Below, in pieces: positions 26,897 through 35,345 of a stretch of DNA of 64,000 nt. Under the pieces are notes generated by a model. It did no database searches, was not told the origin of the DNA, and saw only the letters and a program-made list of their open reading frames with translations. Position 1 is the first letter of the stretch. Each line of letters begins with the position of its first letter. The DNA comes from Gemmatimonadales bacterium (GTDB taxonomy: Bacteria > Gemmatimonadota > Gemmatimonadetes > Gemmatimonadales > GWC2-71-9), in contig DASTCF010000106.1 of NCBI GenBank assembly GCA_035711365.1, forward strand, positions 23,011 to 87,010, written 5' to 3'. Both the position numbers and the translations under genes were made by a program.

Positions 26897-27903
26897 AGCT
26901 GGGCGTCGCGGCCGTCGTCGGCCGAGCGGTAGATCGCGTCGACGATCCGATGCAGGGTGAGGTGATCCTGGAGGTTCGGCGGGGCGACTTCGCCCCTGAT
27001 CGAAGCGAGGAAGTGCGCCCACTCGGCGCGGTAGGAGGCCGTGAACGAATGTTCGCGGGCGCCGGACCCGGTCGGCGCCACATCGACCGGCATCCCATTG
27101 AGCTCCTTCCAGACGGTCAGCGGATTGATGCTCGCCGTGCCCTTGCTCCCGCGGAGCCCGACGCCGAACCGCTCGCCCTCGCCCAGGTGATGCCAAGTCA
27201 CATCCACGAAGAGGCTCGCCCCGCCCTCGCACACGACGAACGCGCTGCCCGCCTGCTCGGTGGCCCGCTCCCGGCCCGACCGGTCCAGCGTCGCGCTTAC
27301 CCGGACCGGTGTGGGATTGCCGGCGAGCCAGAGTCCCAGATCGAGAATGGAAAGCCCGAGGTCGAGCATGGCACCGCCCCCGGAGAGATCGCGCTTCGTC
27401 CGCCAGCCAAGCATCGCGCGGCTCGGGCGGAAGACGTGCCAGCTTCCCCGGACACTCTCGACCTCGCCCAGCTCGCCGGTCTGAACGAAGCTCCGGACCA
27501 GCTGCACGTCGGCGCGATATCGATGGTTCAGCCCTACCATCACCACGCGGTTCTTCTTCTCGGCGGCGCGAACGATCCGCTGCGCGCTGGCTGTGTTGAC
27601 CGCAAGGGGCTTCTCGACCAGCACGTGGAGCCCGGCGCTCAGCGCGGCCAGGACGTGGGCCTCGTGAAGGTGGTTGGGCGTGCAGATGACGATCGCGTCG
27701 AGCTCCTCGTAGCGGAGGACCTCCTCGATGTCGTCGAATGCGTCCTTGATTCCGAAGCGATCGGCGATGGCCCGCGCCTTCGGCAAGTCGGTGTCGCACA
27801 CCGCGCAGAGTTCGACGCCCTTGAGCTTTCGCAGGACGGGCAGGTGGGCAACCTGGGTGATCGCGCCCGCGCCGATGATGGCGGTCCGGAGGATGTCGCT
27901 CAT
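26893..27903 (-). CDS. Gfo/Idh/MocA family oxidoreductase
   Basis: Start moved to ATG 27903 (MSDILRTAIIGAGAITQVAHLPVL...). Contains ICTPNHLHEAHVLAALSAGLHVLVEKPLA. Confidence 0.85.
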   Translation of the reverse strand: MSDILRTAIIGAGAITQVAHLPVLRKLKGVELCAVCDTDLPKARAIADRFGIKDAFDDIEEVLRYEELDAIVICTPNHLHEAHVLAALSAGLHVLVEKPLAVNTASAQRIVRAAEKKNRVVMVGLNHRYRADVQLVRSFVQTGELGEVESVRGSWHVFRPSRAMLGWRTKRDLSGGGAMLDLGLSILDLGLWLAGNPTPVRVSATLDRSGRERATEQAGSAFVVCEGGASLFVDVTWHHLGEGERFGVGLRGSKGTASINPLTVWKELNGMPVDVAPTGSGAREHSFTASYRAEWAHFLASIRGEVAPPNLQDHLTLHRIVDAIYRSADDGRDAQL

Positions 27904-27925
27904 CGCGGGCTCCCGGGGGAGGAGG

Positions 27926-29269
27926 TCAATCGAGCCGGTGCAGGGTGGTGGAAGGATAATACGCCGCGAGGATCTGCTCGTAGCCCTGCCCTTCGCGCGC
28001 CCGCCCGACGGCGCCCCACTGACAGAACCCAACGCCGTGCCCCGCCCCGCTGCCCTCGATGGCGAGGAGGCTCACCCGGCCGGCATCGGATTGCGTCGTC
28101 ATTTCGAAGGCCGTACTGCGAAGGAATTCGCCCGACGGCAACCGGAAGACGCTGCGGATCTGCTGCCCCGTGACCGTCACGTCGCGCCGGCCGAGCCGGA
28201 CCAGGACTTCCGCCGCGCGACCGGAGGCCGTCCGCCGGGTCACTCGAACGTCCATCACGCGATCGACGACGGCAGGATCGATGCGAAGCACTTCAGGCAG
28301 CGTGCGACGCAGCAATGCCTCGAGATCCGCTCCGCTCTTTTCCTCGCGCCAGCGGAAACGGGGCGACAACCGGCAGTACGCCAGCCCGTTGGCGTCGACG
28401 TCATGGAAGGACCTCAGGTACGGACGGTCGGCCATCGCGAAGACGTCGATTCCGCGCTCCGTCCGCCCGCCGCAGGTCGAGTAGAAGAACGCGTCGGCCG
28501 GCGCGCCGTTCCAGGTGAGGATGAGTCCGCGCGTCGCCCGCACGGCATCCCAGGCCATCGGGGTCTCGGTCGTGACGCCGCCGTAGACCTGGTCCGCGAC
28601 CGTCGCGTAGAAATCGAACCCGAGGAGCCGCCGTTTGCCCTGGTTGCGGACGGCATAAGTCCGTGAGACCACCGCCTGGGCGTTGAGCGCCTGGGATTCG
28701 AAGTCCTCGCGCCGCCCCATCTCCGCCGAGACCACGCCGGCGAGGTACGATTCGACGCCGAGGCGATTGACCGCCGTGAGCCCGGTTGCTCCGCGCACCA
28801 CCGTCACCTCGCCCCGATAGTCCCGTCCATTGATCCGGACGAATCGCCCGGGCCGGGCCGCAGTGACCACGATCGCGACATGACTGCCCGCCGATACGCC
28901 GCCGGGCCCCTCGAGGCTTACACCTGCCCCACCGCGAAGCGCGCGCCAGGACGCACCCTCTACCACATCCAGGAGGCGCCCGCCCGCGGGGTCATCGACG
29001 ACGAGGGCATCGCCCCCGCCGAACTGGATCTCCGCCGCATCCACCACCAGGCCCACGCTGACGTCGCGACTGCTGACCACCGTATCGGGGGGAAGTACGG
29101 GAGGTGCGGGACGCAGCGTATCGATCGGGGGGATGGCGGCCTCGGGCGGCCCCTGGACCGGCGGCTGGCGGCGCGGTGCCGGTGAGGGCTCCGGTTCCGG
29201 CGGGCCGCAGGAAGCCGCGAGCACCGCTGCGCCGGCCGCCGACAGGAGTACCAGGGTCAGCCGGCGCAT
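27926..29269 (-). CDS. SpoIID/LytB domain protein (peptidoglycan lytic-enzyme enhancer family)
   Basis: Lipoprotein-like signal (LAASCGPP). FYSTCGGRTE and GHGVGFCQWGA motifs characteristic of SpoIID/LytB. Confidence 0.82.
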   Translation of the reverse strand: MRRLTLVLLSAAGAAVLAASCGPPEPEPSPAPRRQPPVQGPPEAAIPPIDTLRPAPPVLPPDTVVSSRDVSVGLVVDAAEIQFGGGDALVVDDPAGGRLLDVVEGASWRALRGGAGVSLEGPGGVSAGSHVAIVVTAARPGRFVRINGRDYRGEVTVVRGATGLTAVNRLGVESYLAGVVSAEMGRREDFESQALNAQAVVSRTYAVRNQGKRRLLGFDFYATVADQVYGGVTTETPMAWDAVRATRGLILTWNGAPADAFFYSTCGGRTERGIDVFAMADRPYLRSFHDVDANGLAYCRLSPRFRWREEKSGADLEALLRRTLPEVLRIDPAVVDRVMDVRVTRRTASGRAAEVLVRLGRRDVTVTGQQIRSVFRLPSGEFLRSTAFEMTTQSDAGRVSLLAIEGSGAGHGVGFCQWGAVGRAREGQGYEQILAAYYPSTTLHRLD

Positions 29270-29776
29270 TCAGGACCGGAAATTGCCGAACTTGAGCTCG
29301 ATGCCGTAGTCTCCGGCCCGGAGGAACGCGATGACCGCCTGCAGCTCGTCCTTGGAGGGACTGGAGACACGGATCTCGTCGCCCTGGATGCTGGCCGTGA
29401 CCTTCCTGAACTCCTTGTTGTCCTTGAGCGCGCGGGTGATCTGCTTCGCGATATCCGCCGCGATGCCCTGGGTCAGCGTCACGGTGCACCGGACGGACGT
29501 ACCCGTCGCCGGTTCGAAATCGCCGGTCGTCGTGTTCCTGGCCGGCACGCCGCGCTTGATCAATCGCCCGCTCAACACATCCAGCAGGCTCTTCATCCGG
29601 AACTCATCGTCGGCGTGCAGTCGGATCACGGCCTTGTCACGGTCGAATTCGATCGTGCAGTGCGTACCCTTGAAGTCGTAGCGCTGCTGGATCTCCTTCA
29701 ACGCCTGATTCACGGCGTTGTCGACTTCTTGCAGGTCAGCGCCGGTGGAGATGTCGAAGGACGAATTGGAAGCCAT
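29270..29776 (-). CDS. yajQ: YajQ family nucleotide / cyclic-di-GMP-binding protein (UPF0234)
   Basis: 168 aa. SFDISTGADLQEVDNAVNQALKEIQQRYDFKG...ASIQGDEIRVSSPSKDELQAVIAFLR is a full-length YajQ pattern. Confidence 0.88.
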   Translation of the reverse strand: MASNSSFDISTGADLQEVDNAVNQALKEIQQRYDFKGTHCTIEFDRDKAVIRLHADDEFRMKSLLDVLSGRLIKRGVPARNTTTGDFEPATGTSVRCTVTLTQGIAADIAKQITRALKDNKEFRKVTASIQGDEIRVSSPSKDELQAVIAFLRAGDYGIELKFGNFRS

Positions 29777-29796
29777 GGGCCCGATTTGAGGAGAAA

Positions 29797-29820
29797 GGAC
29801 TGAGGACCGGGGACTGAGGG
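29797..29820. repeat. Three tandem heptamers (GGACTGA GGACCGG GGACTGA) followed by GGG
   Basis: Read directly. Lies 20 nt upstream of the yajQ start; the sense strand reads CCC-TCAGTCC-CCGGTCC-TCAGTCC. Shares the 13-mer GGACTGAGGACCG with 32309-32321. Confidence 0.85.
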
Positions 29821-29855
29821 CTGGGCACGGGTCGCCCGGGATCGAACGAACGGCT

Positions 29856-30725
29856 TCAGGAAAGGAAGCTCTCCAGGGACCTTGCCCGACTGACGTGGCG
29901 GAGGCGGCTGAGGGCTTTCTCCTTGATCTGCCGCACGCGCTCGCGAGTGATGCCCAGGAGACTGCCGATTTCCTCCAGCGTCATCGGCTCCGGCCCCTCG
30001 AGTCCAAAATAGAGTCGAAGGATCTTCGCCTCCCGCTCCTTGAGCGTCCCCAGGACCTCTTCGATGGATTCGGTGAGGGCGTGCTCAAACGTTTCGGAAT
30101 CCGGACCCGGGTTCTGGGTATCGGGGAGATAGTCGAGCAGGCGGTTGTCCTCGCCCGGGGTCATCGGTGCGTCGAGGGAGAGGTGATTCTGCGAGATGGA
30201 GAGGGTCTTCTGGACCTCCTCCATTGAAATATCCATGCCTTCCGCGATTTCCGAGGGGGTGGGCTCCCGGCCGAGCTCCTGCAGCAGCATCGAACTCCGC
30301 TTGCCGATCCGGTGCAAGGTGCCGGCCCGGTTGAGTGGGACGCGCACGATGCGGCTCTGTTCGGCCAGCGCCTGGAGGATCGCCTGCCGGATCCACCAAA
30401 CCGCGTAGGAGATGAACTTGATCCCCTTCGTCTCATCGAACTTGTGAGCCGCGCGGATGAGGCCCAAATTGCCCTCGTTGATCAGGTCGGCGAGGCTCAC
30501 TCCCTGATTCTGGTATTTCTTGGCGACGGACACCACAAAGCGCAGATTGCTGCGGACCAGTTTGTCGAGGGCCTCACCGTCGCCCCGGCGGATGCGCTGC
30601 GCCAGCTGCACTTCCTCCACCTGCGGTATCAGCGGGTAGCGGCTGATCTCGCGGAGGTACTGGTCGAGGGATCCCTCGTCGAACGAGGGCCCTCGCCGGG
30701 AAGTGCCGACCTGCATAGGACGCAT
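29856..30725 (-). CDS. Short RpoD/SigA-family sigma-70 factor (regions 1.2-4.2, no region 1.1 or non-conserved insertion)
   Basis: Start probably ATG 30725 or 30716. DQYLREISRYPLI (region 1.2), LRFVVSVAKKYQNQGVSLADLINEGNLGLIRAAHKFD and YAVWWIRQAI (region 2), TLEEIGSLLGITRERVRQIKEKALSRLR (region 4.2). Confidence 0.85.
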   Translation of the reverse strand: MRPMQVGTSRRGPSFDEGSLDQYLREISRYPLIPQVEEVQLAQRIRRGDGEALDKLVRSNLRFVVSVAKKYQNQGVSLADLINEGNLGLIRAAHKFDETKGIKFISYAVWWIRQAILQALAEQSRIVRVPLNRAGTLHRIGKRSSMLLQELGREPTPSEIAEGMDISMEEVQKTLSISQNHLSLDAPMTPGEDNRLLDYLPDTQNPGPDSETFEHALTESIEEVLGTLKEREAKILRLYFGLEGPEPMTLEEIGSLLGITRERVRQIKEKALSRLRHVSRARSLESFLS

Positions 30726-30803
30726 GCGAAGACCTCGGTGGGCTGACCGCTGTACGAGAACCTTAGCGGGCGCCGTTGGCGCGCGCAACGGGTCGGAACA
30801 CTG

Positions 30804-32291
30804 TCAGTAGTTGTCGATCTGCGCCCGTTGCAGGGTGCCCGAATAATCCACGTAGCAGACCTTCGTCTCCGAATAGAATTCGTAGACTTCCCACCCGCCC
30901 TCACGGTGGCCGTTGCCCGTCTGCTTGACGCCGCCGAACGGCAAGTGGGCCTCGGCTCCGATGGTGGGCGCGTTGACATACGTGATGCCGTTGTCGAGCT
31001 CCTGCATCGCGCGGAACGCCAGGTTCACGTCGCTGGTGTAGATCGAGCTCGAGAGCCCGTAGGGCACGCCGTTGTTCACCCGAACCGCTTCCTCGAAGTT
31101 GTTCACCCGGATGACGCTGAGTACTGGCCCGAAGATCTCCTCGCGCGCGATGCGCATGCCGGGTCGCACCCCGGCGAAGATCGTCGGCCGGTAGAAGAAG
31201 CCGTGAGCGAGCCGGTCCCCGCCCGGCTTCCGTCCGCCCAGCACCAGCTCGGCGCCCTCCTCCTGGCCGACCTTCACATACGACTCCACCTTCTGCCTTG
31301 CCCGCTCGTGAATCAGGGGGCCGACCTGGGTCCGCGCGTCGCGTCCGTCGCCCAGCCGCAGGGCCCCGGCGGCTTCGGCCAGGCGGCGAAGGAAGCGATC
31401 GTGGATCTTCCGGTGCAGAATGAGGCGGCTGGTCGCGGTGCACCGCTGCCCCGTGGTCCCGAAGGCGCCCCAGAGGACCCCGTCAAGCGCCAGATCCAAG
31501 TCCGCGTCGTCCATCACGATCATGGCGTTCTTGCCGCCCATCTCGAGCGAGAGCCGCTTGTGGAGCCGACCGCAGGTTTCCCCGATGAACGAGCCGGTCG
31601 CCGTGGAGCCCGTGAAAGAGATGACCGGCACCTCCGCATGCTCAACCAGCGTACGTCCAGCCGTCGCGCCGCGTCCGTGCACCAGCTGAATCACCTCCGG
31701 CGGCAGCCCGGCCTCGAGAAGCAGTTCGACGAGCCGGTGGGTCGAGTGCGGCACGTCCTCTGATGGCTTGATGATGACGGCGTTCCCGCAAAGCAGCGCG
31801 GGGAACATCTTCCAGGTGGGAATGGCAAGCGGAAAATTGAACGGCGTGATGAGTCCTGCGATCCCTATCGGCCGGCGGTAGCTCATGGCCCACTTCGAGC
31901 GGAGCTCGGAGGGTACGGTATGGCCGAAGAGCCGGCGCCCCTCGGTCGCCGCATAGAACGCCGTGTCGATCCCCTCCTGCACGTCCCCGGCCGTCTCGGC
32001 CACCACCTTGCCCATTTCGCGGGTCATGCTGTCGGCCAGTTCGGCCTTGTGCCGGACGAGCAGGTCGCCGAGCCGCCGGAGCACGTCCCCGCGCGCGGGG
32101 GCCGGCACGCTGCGCCAGAGCTCGAAGCCCCGCTTCGCCGACTTCACGGCGGCGTTGATATCGGCGGCGCCCGAATCGGGGAACCTGCCGATCAGGTCCC
32201 GGGTGTCTGCCGGATTGCGGTTCTCGAAATAGGAGCCGGTAGCCGGAGCCACCCACGCGCCACCGATGAAGTTCTTGTAGGTCTTGGCCAT
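30804..32291 (-). CDS. NAD(P)-dependent aldehyde dehydrogenase family protein
   Basis: 495 aa. YKNFIGGAWV N-terminus, catalytic LEMGGKN (Glu) and GQRCTA (Cys) motifs. Confidence 0.9.
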   Translation of the reverse strand: MAKTYKNFIGGAWVAPATGSYFENRNPADTRDLIGRFPDSGAADINAAVKSAKRGFELWRSVPAPARGDVLRRLGDLLVRHKAELADSMTREMGKVVAETAGDVQEGIDTAFYAATEGRRLFGHTVPSELRSKWAMSYRRPIGIAGLITPFNFPLAIPTWKMFPALLCGNAVIIKPSEDVPHSTHRLVELLLEAGLPPEVIQLVHGRGATAGRTLVEHAEVPVISFTGSTATGSFIGETCGRLHKRLSLEMGGKNAMIVMDDADLDLALDGVLWGAFGTTGQRCTATSRLILHRKIHDRFLRRLAEAAGALRLGDGRDARTQVGPLIHERARQKVESYVKVGQEEGAELVLGGRKPGGDRLAHGFFYRPTIFAGVRPGMRIAREEIFGPVLSVIRVNNFEEAVRVNNGVPYGLSSSIYTSDVNLAFRAMQELDNGITYVNAPTIGAEAHLPFGGVKQTGNGHREGGWEVYEFYSETKVCYVDYSGTLQRAQIDNY

Positions 32292-32301
32292 AACCTTACG
32301 A

Positions 32302-32325
32302 GGACTGAGGACTGAGGACCGAGGG
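32302..32325. repeat. Three tandem heptamers (GGACTGA GGACTGA GGACCGA) followed by GGG
   Basis: Read directly. Lies 10 nt upstream of the ALDH start; the sense strand reads CCC-TCGGTCC-TCAGTCC-TCAGTCC-tcgtaaggtt-ATG. Same unit and architecture as 29797-29820. Confidence 0.85.
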
Positions 32326-32327
32326 CA

Positions 32328-32774
32328 CTATTCGCAGAGCCAGGGGAGCGTGACCCTGGCGTATCCCAGGCGCGGGAGCACCGCCATTGCCACCAATCCC
32401 AGACCGGCCAGAAGGGTAAGCAGGCCGGCCGTGTGCGCCCAGCCCTGACGCCGCCGCCAGCTCACGATCATGGTCCAGAGACCGGCCACGACGACCGTGC
32501 CGGATGCTCCGAGGTAAAGCACCAGCCCAAGCCCGCAGCGATGGGCGTAAGGCCACTGCAGGATGCCACCCACCAGGAGGATGCCGAGCAGCGCGCGGAT
32601 CCAGGTCGTGAGCGCCTGCTTTCGCGAGACCGCGAGGCCGGTTCCACCCGGGGCGGGCGCAGCGCCCGCGGCGCGAGGCGCCGGGACCGGTGCGGGCCCC
32701 ACTCCCCCACCCTTCGCGATGACCTTGTCGATCTCCGCCATCTCGCGATCCCAGTCACGCGGCTTCTCGGTCAC
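32328..32774 (-). CDS. Small integral membrane protein of unknown function (3-4 predicted TM segments)
   Basis: 148 aa. Soluble N-terminus with a Pro/Ala/Gly-rich linker, then hydrophobic segments ([49 protein letters not shown]). GTG start overlaps the EBP stop (GTGA). No family recognised. Confidence 0.6.
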   Translation of the reverse strand: MTEKPRDWDREMAEIDKVIAKGGGVGPAPVPAPRAAGAAPAPGGTGLAVSRKQALTTWIRALLGILLVGGILQWPYAHRCGLGLVLYLGASGTVVVAGLWTMIVSWRRRQGWAHTAGLLTLLAGLGLVAMAVLPRLGYARVTLPWLCE

Positions 32775-34147
32775 CCTTGCTCCCGCGTCAGGCTGTAGCG
32801 TTCGATCTTCTTGTAGAGATTCGAGCGCGGCATGTCCAGCGCACGCGCCGTTTCCGAGACGTTCCAGTCATGCTCCCGCAACTTGACCACGAGGAAGGCT
32901 TTCTCCGCCTCGAGTTTGAAGGTCTCGAAGGTGGGCGCCGTGAAGAGATCGCCGCCGACCGTACCCGTGGCGCCTTCGGAGGTCCCGCCAAGAATCCGAT
33001 CCACGTCGGCACCGGTTACGCTCCGGCCGGCGGCTAGAATCATGAGTCGCTCGACCGCGTTGCGGAGCTCCCGTACGTTGCCGGGCCACACACGGCGCTG
33101 CAGCCGCTCGACGGCCCCGGTGTCGAAGGCCCGGGCGGGCACGCCCGCCGACGCGGCGAGCTGCGCAGCGAAATGGGCGATCAGGGCGGGAATGTCTCCG
33201 GTCCGTTCGCGCAGCGGCGGGACCGCGATCGGCACGACGTTCAGCCGGTACAGCAGGTCCTCCCGGAAGCGGCCGGCGGCGATCTCCGACTCGAGCTGCT
33301 TGTTGGTCGCCGCCAGCACCCGCACGTCGACCTTGAGCGCGCGCGAGCCGCCCACCCGCGTCACCACGCCTTCCTGCAGAACCCGCAGCACTTTCGCCTG
33401 GGCCGCCAGCGACATATCCCCGACCTCGTCGAGGAACAGCGTGCCGCCTTCGGCCTGCTCGAATTTGCCTGGCCGGTCGGCGAACGCGCCGGTGAACGAG
33501 CCCTTCATGTGGCCGAACAGCTCGCTCTCGATCAATTCGCCCGGAATGGCCGCGCAATTCACTTCGATGAAGGGCCCGTCCGCCCGTGGACTGGCGTCGT
33601 GAACCGCGCGGGCGACCAGTTCCTTGCCGGTACCGTTCTCGCCGGTGATGAGCACGCGGGCGCCGGTCGGTCCGACCTTTGCGATCAGGTCCCGGACGCC
33701 GCGGAGAGCCGGACTCTCTCCGACCATCGCGAACCGCTCGTCGGCCGCCTGCCTGAACCGCTGATTCTCGGTCGCAAGCGCGGTATGGCGCAGCGCATTC
33801 CGCACCGTCACCAGGAGGCGATCGCTGTCCAGCGGCTTCTGCAGGAAATCAAACGCGCCCCGCTGAGTCGCATCGACCGCGGTGCTGATCGTCCCATGCC
33901 CCGAGATCATGACGACCGTCGCGGCCGGATCGAGTTCCTTGAGCCGGGTCAGGGTGTCGAGGCCGTCGAGCCCGGCCATTTTCACATCGAGAAAGACCAG
34001 GTGCGGCCGGAAATCGGGATAGACGGTGAGCCCTTCCCCTCCCGAGCCCGCGACGCGCACGTCGTGGCCCTCGTACTCGAGGATCTGGCGCAGGGCATCC
34101 CGGATGCCGGGTTCGTCGTCGATGACGAGAATGCGGTGAGCGGTCAT
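32771..34147 (-). CDS. Sigma-54-dependent response regulator (NtrC/NtrX-like: receiver + AAA+ + Fis-type HTH)
   Basis: Start moved to ATG 34147 ([19 protein letters not shown]...). Phospho-acceptor context [10 protein letters not shown], Walker A GENGTGKE, sigma-54 contact loop GSFTGA (a GAFTGA variant), C-terminal [26 protein letters not shown]. Confidence 0.9.
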   Translation of the reverse strand: MTAHRILVIDDEPGIRDALRQILEYEGHDVRVAGSGGEGLTVYPDFRPHLVFLDVKMAGLDGLDTLTRLKELDPAATVVMISGHGTISTAVDATQRGAFDFLQKPLDSDRLLVTVRNALRHTALATENQRFRQAADERFAMVGESPALRGVRDLIAKVGPTGARVLITGENGTGKELVARAVHDASPRADGPFIEVNCAAIPGELIESELFGHMKGSFTGAFADRPGKFEQAEGGTLFLDEVGDMSLAAQAKVLRVLQEGVVTRVGGSRALKVDVRVLAATNKQLESEIAAGRFREDLLYRLNVVPIAVPPLRERTGDIPALIAHFAAQLAASAGVPARAFDTGAVERLQRRVWPGNVRELRNAVERLMILAAGRSVTGADVDRILGGTSEGATGTVGGDLFTAPTFETFKLEAEKAFLVVKLREHDWNVSETARALDMPRSNLYKKIERYSLTREQG

Positions 34148-34788
34148 GGCGCGGTGCCCGAAGGATACAGCGTGACGCCGCCCGAATGTACCCGGACCCG
34201 CCCGATTCCCTGCGGCACCACCACCGCGAGGTGGCCGCGCGTCTCCTGCCGGCTCAGGAAATCCACCATCCGCGGCACCATCTCCGCGGGGAACTTGAAG
34301 TCGCGGACCTGGAACTCGGTCACCGTCCATTCTGCCCTGCCCGGCGACACGATGTCGACGGCGCCGCCGACAGCAATGGGCTCCCACGGGCGGAGCGCCC
34401 CGGCAAACGGCCCCAGCACCTCGCGCGGCAACCCCTCGGTGCGGATCTTCCCGCGGACGCGGATGGCACCCTCGAGTAACTCCACCTGCAGGGAATCGAT
34501 ATCCCGGCGCACTACCGCTGGAAGTCCCGCCCCGATCAGCGATGCCATCTCGCCCGCCGACAGCACGATCGAATCCGCGCGCCAGCCGTTGAGGGAATCC
34601 ACCTTCTCGATCGCCCGGGCGAGGCCCCGGCCGGTGGGACGCCCGCGACTCTCGGGCGCGACCGCGACCGTCGGGCGGACCCCAAGCATCTCGGCGATGC
34701 GGTCGCGATTCCGCCAGCCCAGGTACGCGCCGACCAGCAGCAGCGCGAGGAGTGCGAGGCGAAACGGCAGGGTAATGCAGCCCAGCAT
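34144..34788 (-). CDS. N-terminally membrane-anchored protein of unknown function
   Basis: 214 aa with a single N-terminal hydrophobic helix ([17 protein letters not shown]). ATGA overlap with the EBP start and a TGATG overlap with the thpR stop. No family recognised. Confidence 0.6.
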   Translation of the reverse strand: MLGCITLPFRLALLALLLVGAYLGWRNRDRIAEMLGVRPTVAVAPESRGRPTGRGLARAIEKVDSLNGWRADSIVLSAGEMASLIGAGLPAVVRRDIDSLQVELLEGAIRVRGKIRTEGLPREVLGPFAGALRPWEPIAVGGAVDIVSPGRAEWTVTEFQVRDFKFPAEMVPRMVDFLSRQETRGHLAVVVPQGIGRVRVHSGGVTLYPSGTAP

Positions 34789-35339
34789 CAGGAGAGGCGG
34801 ATCGTGTGGCGGGCGGTGTACTGCGGACCCCGCGGCGTCAGGATGCTCTCGAACAGCACCATGGATTCCGCCAGGAACGCTCCGGCGACACGCACCGACT
34901 CCAGGCGGTCGGCCGCGCCGGCTGGAAGCCGCTCCCGCTCGCGGACCCGACCGAGCGTGACGTGCGGACGGAATGCCTTCCCCTCGAGCGGGAAGCCCAG
35001 CGCCTCCGAACCCCGCTCCACCCGGTCCTGCAGGAGCTCGAGCTCAGGCGGCCCGATGAGACCCGCCCAGACGACCCGCGCCCGCTGCGGAGTCGGAAAG
35101 GCGCCGAGGCCGTCGAGCGCCAGGTCGAGCGGTGGAACATTTCGCGCGGCCCCGGCCAGCATCCCTGCGATCGCGTCCAGGCGTTCGGGTTCCACGTCGC
35201 CGTAGAATTTGAGCGTCAGATGATACTGCTCCCGCCCCACCCACTTGACCGGCCAGTGCAGCCGCTCGAGGCTCGCCACCGCGGTCGCCAGGTGGGCGCG
35301 GGGAGCGTCGGGGAGCGGCAGCGCGGCGAAGAGTCGCAT
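34788..35339 (-). CDS. thpR: RNA 2',3'-cyclic phosphodiesterase (2H phosphoesterase, ThpR/LigT)
   Basis: 183 aa with two HxTx motifs (HLTLKF and HVTLGR). Confidence 0.85.
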   Translation of the reverse strand: MRLFAALPLPDAPRAHLATAVASLERLHWPVKWVGREQYHLTLKFYGDVEPERLDAIAGMLAGAARNVPPLDLALDGLGAFPTPQRARVVWAGLIGPPELELLQDRVERGSEALGFPLEGKAFRPHVTLGRVRERERLPAGAADRLESVRVAGAFLAESMVLFESILTPRGPQYTARHTIRLS

Positions 35340-35345
35340 GCCCGC

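Noticed and set aside
25622-27799. 725-aa ORF suggesting a fusion of the DUF4105 protein with upstream sequence. Similar long N-terminal extensions occur on smc (from 11751), the creatininase-family gene (from 46175), mnmA (from 58418), the EBP (to 34387), the larE-like gene (to 36395) and prmC (to 21970).
   Set aside because: The extensions overlap neighbouring, well-supported genes in other frames and are Arg/Pro-rich. Internal starts give canonical N-termini or signal peptides, often with ATGA or GTGA coupling to the upstream stop.
27926-29269. A SpoIID homologue as evidence for sporulation.
   Set aside because: SpoIID/LytB-domain proteins are widespread in non-sporulating bacteria as peptidoglycan-remodelling factors. 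No other sporulation genes occur in the window.
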